The translations under genes and the position numbers were made by a program. A DNA stretch of 64,000 bases from Octopus sinensis (Eukaryota): positions 58,838,001 to 58,902,000 of the forward strand of contig NC_042998.1 of NCBI RefSeq assembly GCF_006345805.1, given 5' to 3'. Below the pieces are notes generated by a model. The model was not told where the DNA came from, did not search any database, and saw nothing but the letters and a program-made list of their open reading frames with translations. Positions 39,676 to 52,989 of this stretch are shown in pieces; position 1 is the stretch's first letter, and the number at the start of each line of letters is the position of its first letter.

Positions 39676-39887
39676 CTTCTATCTATAAATGTTCTAAAAT
39701 CTACTCAGCCTTGGTTTTTTTATCTCATTACGAAAAAAAAATTTATATACACATGCTGACATATGACCAACGTTGAACCCCTTATTTGCAAAATCACTGA
39801 ACTTGGAACTTAACTATGGTCTGACTATAGCACTTATTCAGCATTATCTGACACCTTTGGGTCTCAATGACACCATTACCGCTTATA

Positions 39888-39957
<70 letters not shown>

Positions 39958-41794
39958 TTCTAATATAAGGATAAAATTTCATTAAAAAATTCAATCAGTG
40001 GGCAGAGATGCTAAAGAAAAAGACGAAATGGATATTTTTAAGGAATTTAAAATAGACATCTTGGAAGGAACAGGGCTCAAAGGAGGAAGGGTATAAATGA
40101 GGCTGCTCGGTGGCCCTTCACCATAACAGTGTTGCTTTTCATGTTGTGCGAACGATGGAGTGCAGCACCAAGAAGACTGTGGTCCTCAGAGGATATAAAG
40201 ACTTACATATACACAGAGAACCCCTACCCAAGCACAGGTAATTTTTAATCGATCCAGCACTCACTACCTACCCTTAATGCATTGCAAAAGCATCAATAGA
40301 ATAAGAATTAATATCACTAATAATATTTATTCCACGTGATTATAAACTAGTGCGCTGCTGTACAGCATATCTGTTTCTTGGCCTTGTCCTAGCTCTTAAC
40401 AATCAGGGATTTCGTCCCTTGAGTTCGTCTTTGATTAATGGAAACTACACTATTTCGTATATTGGCCAAGATTTTGTTCATTGTTCACTTAGAGCCACAC
40501 TGAAAACTTGCCGCCTTTTTTTTTATAAGACAAGATATGTAACTTTTCTACTTGCCATTTGTTTGATAAACTTATCAGGAAAGAACATAAGGTCTCCTGG
40601 TATGTTTTACTAAAGTCTTTTTGTTTTTGTTCTCAGAGCTGACACATATTCAGAATTATTTTTGACAAACAACAGTATGAAAAAAAAGTTTAAAAAAGCC
40701 TTATTGCTTTTGTTTTCTTCGTTCCTGGTTGCTACTTTGTGAAATTGTCATTGTTTCTGTGTAGTGCAAATGTTTCTTTAAATGTTGCTTTTTTTTTCTG
40801 TGCGACAATCCGTCGTTACTTTGAAAATTTCCGAAAACATTCAAACTTCTTGCCATCGTGTTCCCAAAACGAAGAATATTGGTAAATAATTATGTAAGAA
40901 AATATAGAAAAATATCCAAATACAATTATTATCTTTTCAAGCCAAGATAAAAGAAGTGAATACTTCAATGTTCCAAGGCTAAAATCCTAAAGTCACTTTT
41001 TTCTTCAAATAAACATCGTAAGAAACCAATACTTTTGGGACCTCCATTCTTGATAACGGAAACTAATAACTGTTCATGGAAAACAAGTCAGAGCAGCAAC
41101 AACAACATCAACACTAACAAGAACAACAAATAAAACAATAAAATTTTAAAACCCACCTTCCCTTAATATTATTGTATCTGATTTAAAGCTTGTTTTAAAC
41201 AGCTTCGTGTATTTGGAAAATTCTGACATTGATAACATTTAAAACCTTGTTGCTGTTGTTTGTCATATTGTGCTCCCAGGCAACTGACATCAACTGTCAA
41301 CTGTCTTCTCAGACAAATACCCGAATAGCTCCTTACCAGTAGGACAACAAAAAAGAACTGCAAACGATTCATCTTTTACCTGCTACTAATCTATAAATTG
41401 GTCTCCAAAATAATATCAAATAAGATTATTAAACGTATACAAATAAAAATGTTTGTGAAACAAGAGCTGAACGCGGAAATATATGGGTCCTGAATATCAA
41501 GACAATACTGGTGTTGACAACTTACGCAATATCAATTTGTCATATGCATTGAGGACGGAATGCAAGAATGCTTTTGACAAGGTCCTACATGGTTAATTTC
41601 AAAAATACAATAGCAAAGAACGTGAGATAATTCTTACAGTTACCAGTTACACCGTGACTATAAACGCCAACTTCTACTGGGATATTTCGAAGAGAATATA
41701 ATTCTGATCTTCATTTCATCTTATACTTGTTGGTTTTAAATTGTTTAATAAAAAACAGAAATAACAAACAAACAAACAAACAAAAAACGGTATA

Positions 41795-41875
41795 CTATAT
41801 GGGTAGAGGAGAGATAAAGCTCATCGGCCATCTTTTCTTCACGGATTATCTAAAGTTGTTTGCAGCGAACAGTCT
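41795..41875 (+). mobile_element. Small RT domain-5 relic of an RLE-type LINE
   Basis: IGHLFFTDYLKLFA resembles .HL.F.DDLKL.A. Confidence 0.4.
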
Positions 41876-42050
41876 GAAAGTCTACTCAGTATTCTTAAGT
41901 AGCTTAGTAAGAAAATTAAAATATTTATTTGAACGGAGAAATTAAAGTAACTTGCTATAAAACGAAGCTGGTTTACTAGTGTTTATGAGGACAGTGAACT
42001 TCAGAGCGAAAAATGTAATGCGGTAGTTGTACAATTTTTCATTCTATAAA

Positions 42051-42479
42051 GGCGGCGAGCTGGCAAAAATGTTAGCACGCCGGGCGAAATGCGTAGCCGT
42101 ATTTCATCTGCCGTTACGTTCTGAGTTCAAATTCCGCCGAGGTCGACTTTGCCTTTCATCCTTCCGGGGGTCGATAAATTAAGTACCAGTTATGCACTGG
42201 GATCGATATAACCGACTTAATCACTTTGTCTGTCCTTGTTTGTCCCCTCTATGTTTAGCCCCTTGTGGGCAATAAAGAAATAAGAAACATTAGCACATGA
42301 GGCGAAATGCTTAGCGGTATTTCGTTAGTCTTTACGTTCTGAGTTCAAATTCCGCCGAAGTCGACTTTGCCTTTCATCCTTCCGGGGTCGATAAATTAAG
42401 TACCAGTTGCATACTGGGGTCGATCTAATCAACTGACACCTCCCACCAAATTTCGGACTTTGTGCCTAGAGCAGAAAAG
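42051..42479 (+). mobile_element. SINE-A dimer with a perfect 18-bp TSD
   Basis: aatttttcattctataaa at 42033-42050 and 42480-42497; second unit restarts at agaaac (42283). Confidence 0.93.
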
Positions 42480-42569
42480 AATTTTTCATTCTATAAAAAT
42501 GATAGTAACGCATCAATATAACGTTACCAAACAGTTTCCTGAAACTTGAGGGAGGAGAATTGAGGATTA

Positions 42570-44236
42570 TATCAAGCCCAGTACATAACTGGTACTTTGC
42601 TTAATCACCCCACAAAGGGTCAAATGCAAAGTCGACTCCGGTGAGATTTGAATTCAGAGCATAAACAGTCGGGATAATACATGAACCATTTTGTACGACG
42701 CTCTAACTATTCCGCCAGTCAACCCACCGAATTGATTTTGTATAACACAAAAACCGGGACTTTAAGCAGTAGGGACGAATAGGTTGATTATATCAACTCC
42801 AGATTTTCATTGGTACTTTTATTTATCGATTCTGGAAGAATGAAAGATAGAGCTGACTTCTGAATGAGTCGAACTTAATGAAGCATTACCAAGTAATTTT
42901 TCATGTTGGATAGAAGTGAATTGAAAAGCTGAGAAATTACTCCGATCACGCTGTCGAACTAAAACCAATGAGATACTAAAAGAATCTATTTGCCATCTCA
43001 ATGGTGACTGACCACAGACGGGATGGTAAGCTCAATCGCATCTGTGGCTGAACAACAAGTGATACAGAACCATTCCTGCTAACACATTGAGGAATTTACT
43101 TATAAAGATAGACATAAGCCTATTTCAGAAATAGCGACACTAGGTTCTGTAAATATTCTTTTCTACTCCAGGCACAAGGCCTGAAATTTTGGGGGAGGGG
43201 AGTAGTCAATTAGATCGACCCCAGTACGCATGTGGTACTTAATTTATCGACCCCGAAAGGTTGAAAGGCAAAGTCGACCTCGGCGGAATTTGAACTCCGA
43301 TACTATAAAGACGGACGAAATGCCGCTATCACCTTACTGTTAATAGCAAAATATAATATTCATCTCCCACTGAAAGTGGATGTCAAGTTAGGGCACAAAC
43401 TTTTAAGAGGACATCTCATATGGACTTGTGCTACATAAAAGCACTCGTGTTTATATCGCTGCCGGGCGAGAACCATCCGCTAGGCCATCGGACTTGTCAG
43501 ATGACGTGATTTCGACGTTCCTTGATCTTGTCAGTGACAGATATCCTGATAGACAGAGCAGCCGTTTCTCCCGTCAGCGATACATAGAATCTCAGTGGTG
43601 TCGCAAATAGTCAGTGAGCTTGTTAAAATGTAGTTAGATGTGACAGAAGCAGTATTAATACAAAGAGTAATATTTACCTCCCAATAAAAGTAGATATTTT
43701 AGAACTCAAAAAATATTGCGTTATTGACTATGAGAAGACGTCTCATATGAACGCAGTATTTTGTGTTCTAACATATCTTCTTTAAGTGGGAGCAAAACAA
43801 TCCCTTCTATTAAGGGGCACAAGGCCTTGAAATTTAGGGGAGGGAGATAGTCGATTATATCGATCCTAGTGCTTCACTGGTAGTTAATTTATCGACCTCA
43901 AAATGATGAATGGCAAAATCTTCCTCAGAGGAATTTGAGATCCGAACGTAAAGCCGGAAAAAATGCCACTAAGCAGATTGTCCGGCGTCCTAACGATCCT
44001 GCCAGCTCACCGCCTTAATTATATGTTTCAAATTTTGGGTCAAAGCCATCAATTTCGGGGTAGGGTTAAAGCCGATTACATCAACCCCTATACTCAACTG
44101 GCACTTATTTTATCATCTCTGAAAGGATGAATGGCAAAGTCTGCGTCGATGACAATTGAACTCTGAACGTAGAGACGGACGAAAAGCAGCTAAGCATTTT
44201 GTCCGGCGTGTTGGTTATTCTGCCAGCTCACCGCCT
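42570..44236 (-). mobile_element. Cluster of minus-strand SINE-A copies (about 42570-42720, 42750-42870, 43157-43330, 43810-44018, 44030-44236)
   Basis: Repeated gaaaggcaaagtcgac..gaatttgaactc and ctgccagctcaccgcc motifs at differing decay. Confidence 0.8.
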
Positions 44237-44246
44237 TGCTCACTGC

Positions 44247-44354
<108 letters not shown>

Positions 44355-44391
44355 TGTTGTAGTAGTAGTAGCAGTAGTAGTAGTAGTAGTA

Positions 44392-44924
44392 GTGGCTCTC
44401 GTGGCTACTGATCTTTACTGATTGGAAGTGTTATCATGTACATTGTTTTGTCTTGGTATAAAAGATGGGCTACAGCAAATATTCTGCTCAGTGCCACAGA
44501 TTTGCTTGTCAGTGGTTTAATCTTAACCAGTTGAGCATGTCCCTAAGTGGCTGATGATATGTGAATCTCTGATCACGTGCAGAAGTAGTGGGGGAGCATA
44601 TTAGCCGTGTGTTGAAAGGAATTCTTTGAGGTTTGGATAATTCACCTTCGGAAACATGGGTGGTTCGTTCAAAATCCTTAAACAATCCTTATTCAGGGAC
44701 TTTTTCAGCAGAATGGGCTACTCGGCAAGAAGAAAATTCTAACTGGGCCCCACCTGCAAGATCATGTGCTGTTTATCTTGATATGAGACCACCATGTCGC
44801 GCACATATAGTTGTGATGCATATGCCTGGTGCACCCTTATCAGACGGGTAGTCATGATGGGTGTACAGGGCTTCGTATATTTTACCCCAGTGTCACTTTG
44901 ATGGCATGCACTGCTCTCTCACTC
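44392..44924 (+). mobile_element. (AAT)n-anchored element, copy 2 (longest)
   Basis: Between (AAT)n(AGT)n 44250-44391 and (AAT)n 44925-45017. Confidence 0.85.
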
Positions 44925-44951
44925 AATAATAATAATAATGACGATGATGAT

Positions 44952-45017
<66 letters not shown>

Positions 45018-45513
45018 TAAAAGATGGGCTATAACATCTTGGTATAAAAGATGGGCAAAAGTAAATATTCTGCTCAATACCACAGAGTTGCTTGTCAGTT
45101 GTTTGACCTCAATCAGTTGAGCATGTCTCTTGTCTCTTAGTGGCTGATGATAGGTGCATCTCAGATCACGAGCAGAATTAGTTGGGGAGCATCATAGCCA
45201 TGTATTGAGAGGAGTTCTTTCGAGTTTGAATAATTCACATCTGGAAATATTGGTGTTTAATTCAACATCCTTAAAGAATCCTTATTCCGGGATCTTTTGA
45301 GTGGCATTTGCTACTCAACCCGAAGAAAATTCTCACTGGGCCCCACCTACAAGACCATGCACTGTTTATCTTGATATGAAATCACCATGTCACGCACATA
45401 TGGTTGTGATGCATGTGCTTGGTGTACCCATATCAGACGTGTAGTCATGATGTGTATACTGGGCTTCGTATATTTTACCCCAGTGTTACTTTGATGGCAT
45501 GCACTGCTCTCTC
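45018..45513 (+). mobile_element. (AAT)n-anchored element, copy 3
   Basis: Near-identical 3-prime end gcactgctctctc|aataataat; 5-prime end truncated with a short duplication (aaaagatgggc twice). Confidence 0.85.
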
Positions 45514-46504
45514 AATAATAATAATATATTGGAATGCTGTATCTATCAGGTTAAACAACCACATAGAGGCTCCCTCATCATTATCATCATTACCAGCGAA
45601 TCTCTATTTAGAAATTCTCTCTTTAAATTCTGACTCTTCTGCATATTTCTCAATTTTTTTATCTCGATTCTAATATCTAAGTTATTGCAAAGTTAATTAA
45701 CTTAAATTCTCTTGTTTGTTTACTGCAAACGATCCAATTATTTTAGTTAATATTCTTCGGTCTCATTTGATGTCGAAATCCCTGAAGATTTTAATGTCTT
45801 TAAAGTAGCTTGCATTTTATACCATTTTTATACCATTTTATACCTCTAAGTTATATATTCTTAATAATTCCCTGTGGTCGATCCGAGCAATATTACTATG
45901 CCTTCTCTTATTTTCTTAATTTGATGCATTTACTTATATTACTCAACATCTCTTTTTGTTGGTTTGGTTGCATATTCTACGTATTGTTGTTTTGAATTCA
46001 ACGGTTTTATATACATACCATTAGATGTAGTTTATTTTCAAGGCCAGTTCCAGTGCTGCTACTATCGGTGTTCAGTCTCACAGTTCAAGTCGAATTTGTT
46101 TCTTCCATGACTATAGTCTATCCACATCTAATCATTCGATTTTTCTAAAAAATATTTATCTATTGGTAATAGTTATTTCCCCACTTACTTGTTCATATTC
46201 AAGGGAGAAGTTCCAGACTTGGTCAATCCGTACTTTCTTTTCAGACAGTATGTTTTTAACGCTATCATTTTCCATTTACGACGATAACGTGTATTTCGAA
46301 TGCGTTTCGATGGCTATGTTTAGCTGGTCAAGCGACCGGAAAGACGTTTCATTGGTCCGATCTGTTTGTTGTTATTTTTGTTGCTGTTAATTCTAAACCA
46401 GCAGATCTATGCTCAAAGTTCACTAGCCATGATTATTGCATTTTATTTTAAGACACATTACCCAATGTGTCGTTTTCTTCCTTGAGACAGTGACGTAGCA
46501 TTTA

Positions 46505-47432
46505 AAGAGAAGTTTGACTCCGGAAGAAAACCAAAACTTTCAAATAGGGACCGTTGGACTCTTACGAGAATTGATAGAAAGGATCACAAAAGTACAGCTC
46601 CCAATGACCATCTCGTGAACCCAGTTTCCACAAAAACTGTTTCCCGGGAGCTGCACAAAGCCGGATTTCCCGGGAAGGCTGCAATCAGAGAACCACTACT
46701 TACAAAAACAAACGTTGCAAAGCATTTAGAGTGGAGTAAAAATCTACGGAATTGGTCCCTAGAGCAGTGGAAGAACCTTATTTTCTCGGTTGAGTCATCT
46801 TTTACCTTATTTCCTACCACCGGCCAAGTATACGTGTGGAGACAGCCAAAAGAAACATTCGACCCAGACTGCTTTCTTCCAACTGTTAAACATGGAGGAG
46901 GATCTGTAATGATTTGGGAGGGGGGAGCTCTATCTTGGAAATCCGCCAGCCCAATGGTTTCCCTTCATGGCGGAGTTAATAATAATCAAGATTATTTAAG
47001 AATTTTATCTGATGAAATTCTTCCTATGGTTGCGGAACTGTTTCCGGGTGGAAAGCAATCTCTGAGTATGATAATGCACCAATTCACACAGCTAAAGTTG
47101 TTACTGAATAGCACGAGGAACATTCTAATGAAGTTGAACATCCTATCTGGTCACCACAGTCCACAGATCTCAATATCATCGGAAATTTATGGTGCATGTT
47201 AGAAAAAAAAAGTAAGAAGTCGATATCCTTCACCATCATCACTACAATCACTGGAGACTATTTTAGCTGAAGGATGGACAAAAATTCTTTTGGAAACAAT
47301 TCAAAATAACTGTGTACGAGTCCATATCTTGTAAAATTCAAGCTGTAATTACTGCCAAAGGCGATCCTACTGCGTATTAAAATAATTTTGTTTGAAATTT
47401 TAAGGTGTTTCCATTATTTTGTCTAACCTCTG
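46505..47432 (+). pseudogene. 5-prime-truncated Tc1-family transposon
   Basis: FSVES (first D lost), TVKHGGGSVMIW, then DNAPIH and WSPQSTDLNIIGNLW after frameshifts; right TIR ggtgtttccattattttgtctaacctctg followed by TA at 47433. Confidence 0.92.
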
Positions 47433-47434
47433 TA

Positions 47435-48566
47435 TATAACCACCCTTTCTTTCCCGACTCCCCACACCCACCTCCCAACCTCTCAACACCATCACACCAC
47501 ACCACACACCACTACACCTTATACCACCATACCTATTTCTTTATTACCCACAAGGGGCTAAACACAGAGGAGACAAACAAGGACAGACAGACGGATTAAG
47601 TCGATTATATCGACCCCAGTGCGTAACTGGTACTTAATTTATCGACCCCGAAAGGATGAAAGGCAAAGTCGACCTCGGCGGAATTTGAACTCAGAACGTA
47701 ACGACAGGCGAAATACCGCTGTGCATTTTGCCCGGCGTGCTAACGTTTCTGCCAACCACACAACACATCACATCACCACGCACACATCAGCACTGACAAC
47801 TTCCCAGACCCACATTTTCACACCTACACATACACACACACACATGTCAAGAACACCGGCCCTCTTCCACAGGCATACAAACTCTCAAATACACACGCAC
47901 GCACACCTTAGTTTTGGGATCACCACAATACACGCACACACATATACACACGTACAAAGACACACAAATTCACATACACACCGACACATATACATACACA
48001 CAATATATACCTACACGCGCACGCACACATACACATACGTACACACATATAAGCACAAACACACACACACATACGCACACAAAAACATGCGCACACATAC
48101 GCACGCACACACACAAAACTCACAACCCCACGGATACACGCATATACATCCATATACGCTTACACACACACACATACAAACGCACACGTACAGGCACACA
48201 CAACTACACGCACATACATACACACACACACAAATGAACCCACACATACATCCCATACAAACGGCACACAACTATACATACACGCACACAATTATACATA
48301 CATATTTATACACACACAAGCACGTACAAGCACACACGCACACATACACTAAGTTAAGCACAGTTACTCGCCACACACCCAAACTCTACGCATACACACA
48401 CGAACACACACATACACACACATACACACTACAAACAAAACACACACGATACATATACATACACGCACATACACATACCTCTTTGTTTTTTACCTTTGAC
48501 TGGACCCCAAAACACTACTCCTTAATTCTTATATACTGGCCAGCTACTAACCAGTTGTTCGCCATA

Positions 48567-48597
<31 letters not shown>

Positions 48598-48935
48598 GTG
48601 TCATCATTGCCCACATACACACACACGCGCACACGCAGACCTCCCCGCACGCACACATCTACACACTTTCTTTAACAAATTCTCCAGTCTTTAAAAACAT
48701 TATTCTTCTACCTTACTACTTCCGTCTTTCAATATGTGACCTCGTGAGTACCACTGGTGATATTTTTTCTCTGTCTTCCCTTCTCGGGATCTTTCCTTCT
48801 CCTATGTTTCCGACGAAGAGCTCCGCTCGAAACGTCAAACCCTCCTTCTTCCCTTCTTCCCTGAGCGTCCAATAATACTTTATTTGTTCCACGTCCTTGC
48901 GTTGTTGTGTTTTTTTGTTTTCTCGTTTGGATTAA
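47435..48935 (+). mobile_element. Penelope 3-prime region and pseudo-LTR, split by SINE-A (47527-47752, -) and expanded by CA-rich low-complexity sequence
   Basis: 47760-47925 matches rc of about 11280-11440 (cccacattttcacacctacacatac..ttttgggatcac); hammerhead at 48806. Confidence 0.7.
48806..48840 (+). ncRNA. Minimal type I hammerhead (U4C core)
   Basis: GUUU-CCGACGA-A-GAGC-UCC-GCUC-GAAAC-GUC-AAAC; canonical GUC site, palindromic ACGU stem III. Confidence 0.75.
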
Positions 48936-49615
48936 CTATATATATATGTATATATATAATATATATTATAAGTATATATGTATGTGTCTTTATGTCATGT
49001 TTTCTCGCTCCACCACTTGACAACTGATGCTGGTGTGTTTACTTCTCCGTTATGTAACAGTTCGGCAAAAAGAAACCGATAGAATTAGTACCAGGCTTAA
49101 AAAACCCCACTGGAATCGATTTGTACTACTAAAACCTTTGAAGGCAGTGACCCAGCATGGCTACAGTCAAATTACTATAACAAGTAAACGATAAAAGATA
49201 AAAGATATCTGGTTCCTATTCTTGGAATAATGACTTAGCAATACTGAAGTTATTAATACAAAGAATGAATTTATGATTACGATACATTGCTATACGTCAG
49301 CATCTGAAATAATGTTTGATAAATATAAAGATAAAGCGTTACAATTGTTCATGACACTACACATCAAAAAGAAAAGAAAAAATCCTCAAAGATAGCAAAT
49401 TCTGATTGATTGCTTAATTTATGGATTTATAATGTGAAAGTATTTATCTTTTCGTTATATTTTCATAGACAGAATTCTCACTTTCTGAGTTTACCCAAGA
49501 AAAAACAAACCATAAAAAAAACAAAACAAAAGCAAAGCAGAAATAGTGAAAATGGGTCGCACTGCACAACAACTTTGATAATAAGCATTATATTTAAATA
49601 TATTTAGCATATTAG

Positions 49616-50042
49616 AGGCGCAGAATTGCTGTATAGTTAAGAAGCTCGCTTCGCAGCCGCCTAGTCACGTATTTTGCTTCACTCTGCAGCACCTTGGGCA
49701 AGTGTCGGCCACTGTAGTCCTGGGACCATGATGCCTTGTGAGTGAATATTGTAACTGGAAACAGCGTGGAAGCTCGTCGTACACACACACATACACACAC
49801 ACACACAAACAAATACACACACACATATATATGTTTGTGTTCGTGTCTGTTAGCGCGCGCGTATTTGTGTGTAAGTTGACAACGTATATTGGCTTGTTTA
49901 CGTCCCATAAGCCAGTGGTTCGGCAAAAGACTCCGATAGAATAAGTGTCAGATTTAAAACATAAATATTGGAGATGGTTTGTTCGACTAAACTCTTTAAG
50001 GTTGCGTCCCGGCAAGGTCGCAGTCCAATGACTGAAACAAGA
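49616..50042 (+). mobile_element. SINE-B full-length diverged copy; tail-only copy at about 48990-49200
   Basis: ggcgcag..gttaagaagctcgcttc..gcaccttgggcaagtgtc..gcagtccaatgactgaaacaag. Confidence 0.8.
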
Positions 50043-50609
50043 TATAATTTTTAGGGATATGTCTTGTAACATAGATTGTAATTTTGATCTTTTTTCAACC
50101 CCCATCGAAGACATATATCCTGGACTCATCTCTGGAAAATTTATTATCGTCTGTATCAATTCCATATAAAAATCAAACATGGTATAGATTTACTACTTTA
50201 TTATAAAAAAAAATAAAATAAAGAAACAAGTAAAGAAAAACAATAACTATAGGCGATATCTTGCAGAAAGTTTGTAAATAAATTTCGTATCTGAAGTCGA
50301 ATTTGTTCTACAGGAATTGATTTAACACTAAAGATAGTGGATATGTATCAAATATTTTACAGAAAAGAATATTATACTTTTAAAATGTAAACTTAAGTTT
50401 TGTATTACAAGCTGAACGGCCGAGCAGCTAGTCAATTCCTCTATCATCTTACTGCTCATAAGTACCCTTCCACTGTAAGAATTCTGTGGCATCTCTACCG
50501 GCATAAATTTTACTTCTATATTTCCACGACTTGTCTACCAGGAATAGTTATCTGACAAAATGTGAAGACTGCGTTTAATATATGCCCTAACTTTAAAATT
50601 TGAAGTTTT

Positions 50610-50960
50610 TGCAAGATGTCTTCACTTAGTCAGAAGCAGAATCACATAACACGCCACTTCTGTTGCACTTCGGCGAATCTCGTATATTGCATCATATGCA
50701 AACTCTGCGGTGCTCTTTACATTGGAAAAACAGGGCGACGCCTTGGGGATAGCTTTTGCGAACACACCAGAAGCATAATTCTTCGTATGCCAGGTCAACC
50801 TGTCTCCACCCACTTCAACACTATGAATCATGTCTGGTATGGCCTTGCACTACGGACCCCGCTTCTCTAGGAAACGAAAGGAGCAACGTCTTATATTTGA
50901 TCATGGGACTATGTTCCCGACAGGCATGATCGAAAGTTTTTCCTTTCATCCTTTCACCTC
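50610..50960 (+). pseudogene. Penelope GIY-YIG endonuclease relic
   Basis: HFCCTSANLVYCIICKLCGALYIGKTGRRLGDSFCEH..PVSTHFN. Confidence 0.88.
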
Positions 50961-51066
50961 CTCTTAGTTCTTTTTTACCCTTTTTAATCCTCCTTAGACC
51001 CTCTCTCTGCAACATTCCCGTATTTTTGTTTGTATGTATATATACATGTGCGTATGTATGGATATG

Positions 51067-52989
51067 TGCAGATTTGTATGTTTTGCTTCATGTATGTATT
51101 GTCATGCATATAGTTGCATATCTACACATGCCCATACATATTTAAATGATAAACTTCTGGAAAATTTTACAGAGTTTTACAGATCCAGTGATGGATTGAC
51201 TCTGTAGTCTTCGAATTAGCTTTCTCCTTTCTGGTTTTGAGATGCCTAATTTCTCAACATTGGTATTTAGGCAGTATGTTCTATAACTCAGGGCCTCAAT
51301 AATCACAGGTATAAACCTGAACTTGTAATCTGGATAAAGTAACTGCAGATTTTTTCAATAGTTCAGCGTATGTATTTTATTTTTCGGTGATCTTCAGCTT
51401 TATGTTAACATCCACTGGGCAGCTAATTTCCACGACTGTACACAGTTTCCCTTCTCTATCCCAAATCATTATATCAGGTTTGTTGTGCTTACATTTTATT
51501 GAGGTTTTCACTGGGACATTTTTATTATTTTTTATGAGTGGCTATGACTTCTACCATATTGTGGGTTCTCATTTCTTTGTCCTCGGGTTTATCCTTCCGA
51601 CGGATTTAATTATAGAGTATCCTAGCTACAAGATCATGTCTCATCGGTAGATAATGCCGTGATGACATTTTTGGACAAGTGCTTATGATGTGTGTGATAT
51701 CTTCGGTGTTAACTCCACAAAGTCTGCATCGTTTGTCACATCTTACAACTTTTTCCTGCATCTCTATCCATTTTATACATCAGTTATTTGGTTGATGTTT
51801 CGTGTACCTGGATTGCAAACGCATAGCCTTCAAAGTGGGAGGTAGTTTTCCAGTTATTGGTCCATGATAGACTGCTTTGATGATCAATGTTATTATCATC
51901 TAGGAGCTTTCTACTAACATATCCATGCATAGTCTTCTGCTCATCCTTTCATCTGATGATACGTTGCGGTAGGGTCGTGCAACTTCTTGGGGTATTATAT
52001 ATCCTATAAATTTATTTAAAGTTATCAGACAAGGAATGTTGCTCAAGGAGGTGCCTTCCAAGCCTTATGATGCTATCAGCCTCATGTCATCAAAATGGGT
52101 CAACTTGTGTTTAATTTGAACATGTTGGCCAACGATGAAGTCAGGTCAGCTATAGCTTTGACTATGCTCACTGGGACTTTATCAAGTTGAAGGGCTTCAA
52201 GCATCCATGAGTGGGGAACAGTAGTCAAGCCACATTGAAACTAGGTTCCTCCTATGCTCTCACACCTCTGACAACACAGTTTTGTTGATTAACAATTGAT
52301 TAACACTTGCTCGGCATATCCCCAGACTTCCTTTTTCCCAGCTGCTTGTTCTGCTGTAATGATGTTATTGGTTTCATAACGGCTCTGAGGAAAAGGTTCA
52401 AGCATGCTGTATATATCCTATACATTAAGTTCTGGCATGAAATTGGCCGGTAGTTTTTTTGCCATGTGGGTGGTTCTGCATTTCGAGATCAATTTTGTCT
52501 CTGCCAGAGCCAACCGGTGCGGTATGCTACTGTTCCTACTGGGAGCTTGCCGGTACAGATTGATAAGATATGGTCGGTAGAAAGTTAGCTTCTTGTACCA
52601 ATATCCAACAATCAAGTCTCTTCCAGGTGCTTTTACATTCTGGAGTTTCTAGATCACAGTTGCAAGCGTATCACCATCAATGATGTATGTCTTGATTTCT
52701 TCCAGCCACAGAGCATCTTGGTTAAACTCCTTCTCTTCACTCTAAACTTTCCTCCAGAATGTCTTCTCATGAAGGTGCTTCTGTGATGTTCACTGCTCCT
52801 CCTTACATGTCTCTGTATACTGATGCCTGGTTCCGGTTAAATTTTTTGTTTATTGCGTTTCTCTCGGTTATTCTCTTCTGATGTCGGGGTTTCTTACTAA
52901 CAGCTTTTAACTCCTACTTGAGGGTAATCAGTTTGCAAGTGAGAGTCCTCTTTTTGCCGTCTTCAAACATCATTTCTATCTCCTTTCTT
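51067..52989 (-). mobile_element. RLE-type (R4/Dong-like) LINE family B, 1.9-kb decayed copy with the RT centre deleted
   Basis: FWRKV*SEEKEFNQDALWL..APGRD.IVGYWYKKL..KNYRPISCQNLMY..MWLDY..VPHSW..CRLCGVNTEDITHIISTC..NKPDIMIW..VEISCP; (TATG)n from 52990. Confidence 0.9.

Larger units (their letters stand above)
39156..39749. mobile_element. Palindromic (fold-back) element 2: about 265-bp arms, about 54-nt spacer, one hammerhead per arm
   Basis: 39156-39422 is the reverse complement of about 39477-39749 with scattered mismatches; left end runs into (TA)n. Confidence 0.9.

Noticed and set aside
41169-41372. ORF with hydrophobic N-terminus and FKCYQC, like a Ly6/three-finger start
   Set aside because: Stops after two more Cys-containing residues' worth of sequence; the gtaagg donor after MNRLQFFFVVLL is out of phase with the CYQC frame; no later exons found
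45530-46080. Possible decayed LINE fragment after the third (AAT)-anchored element
   Set aside because: No diagnostic motif recovered by eye; needs a TBLASTX or Dfam search
47619-48875. 418-aa ORF, the longest in the window
   Set aside because: Chimera of SINE-A, CA-rich low-complexity DNA and a Penelope pseudo-LTR
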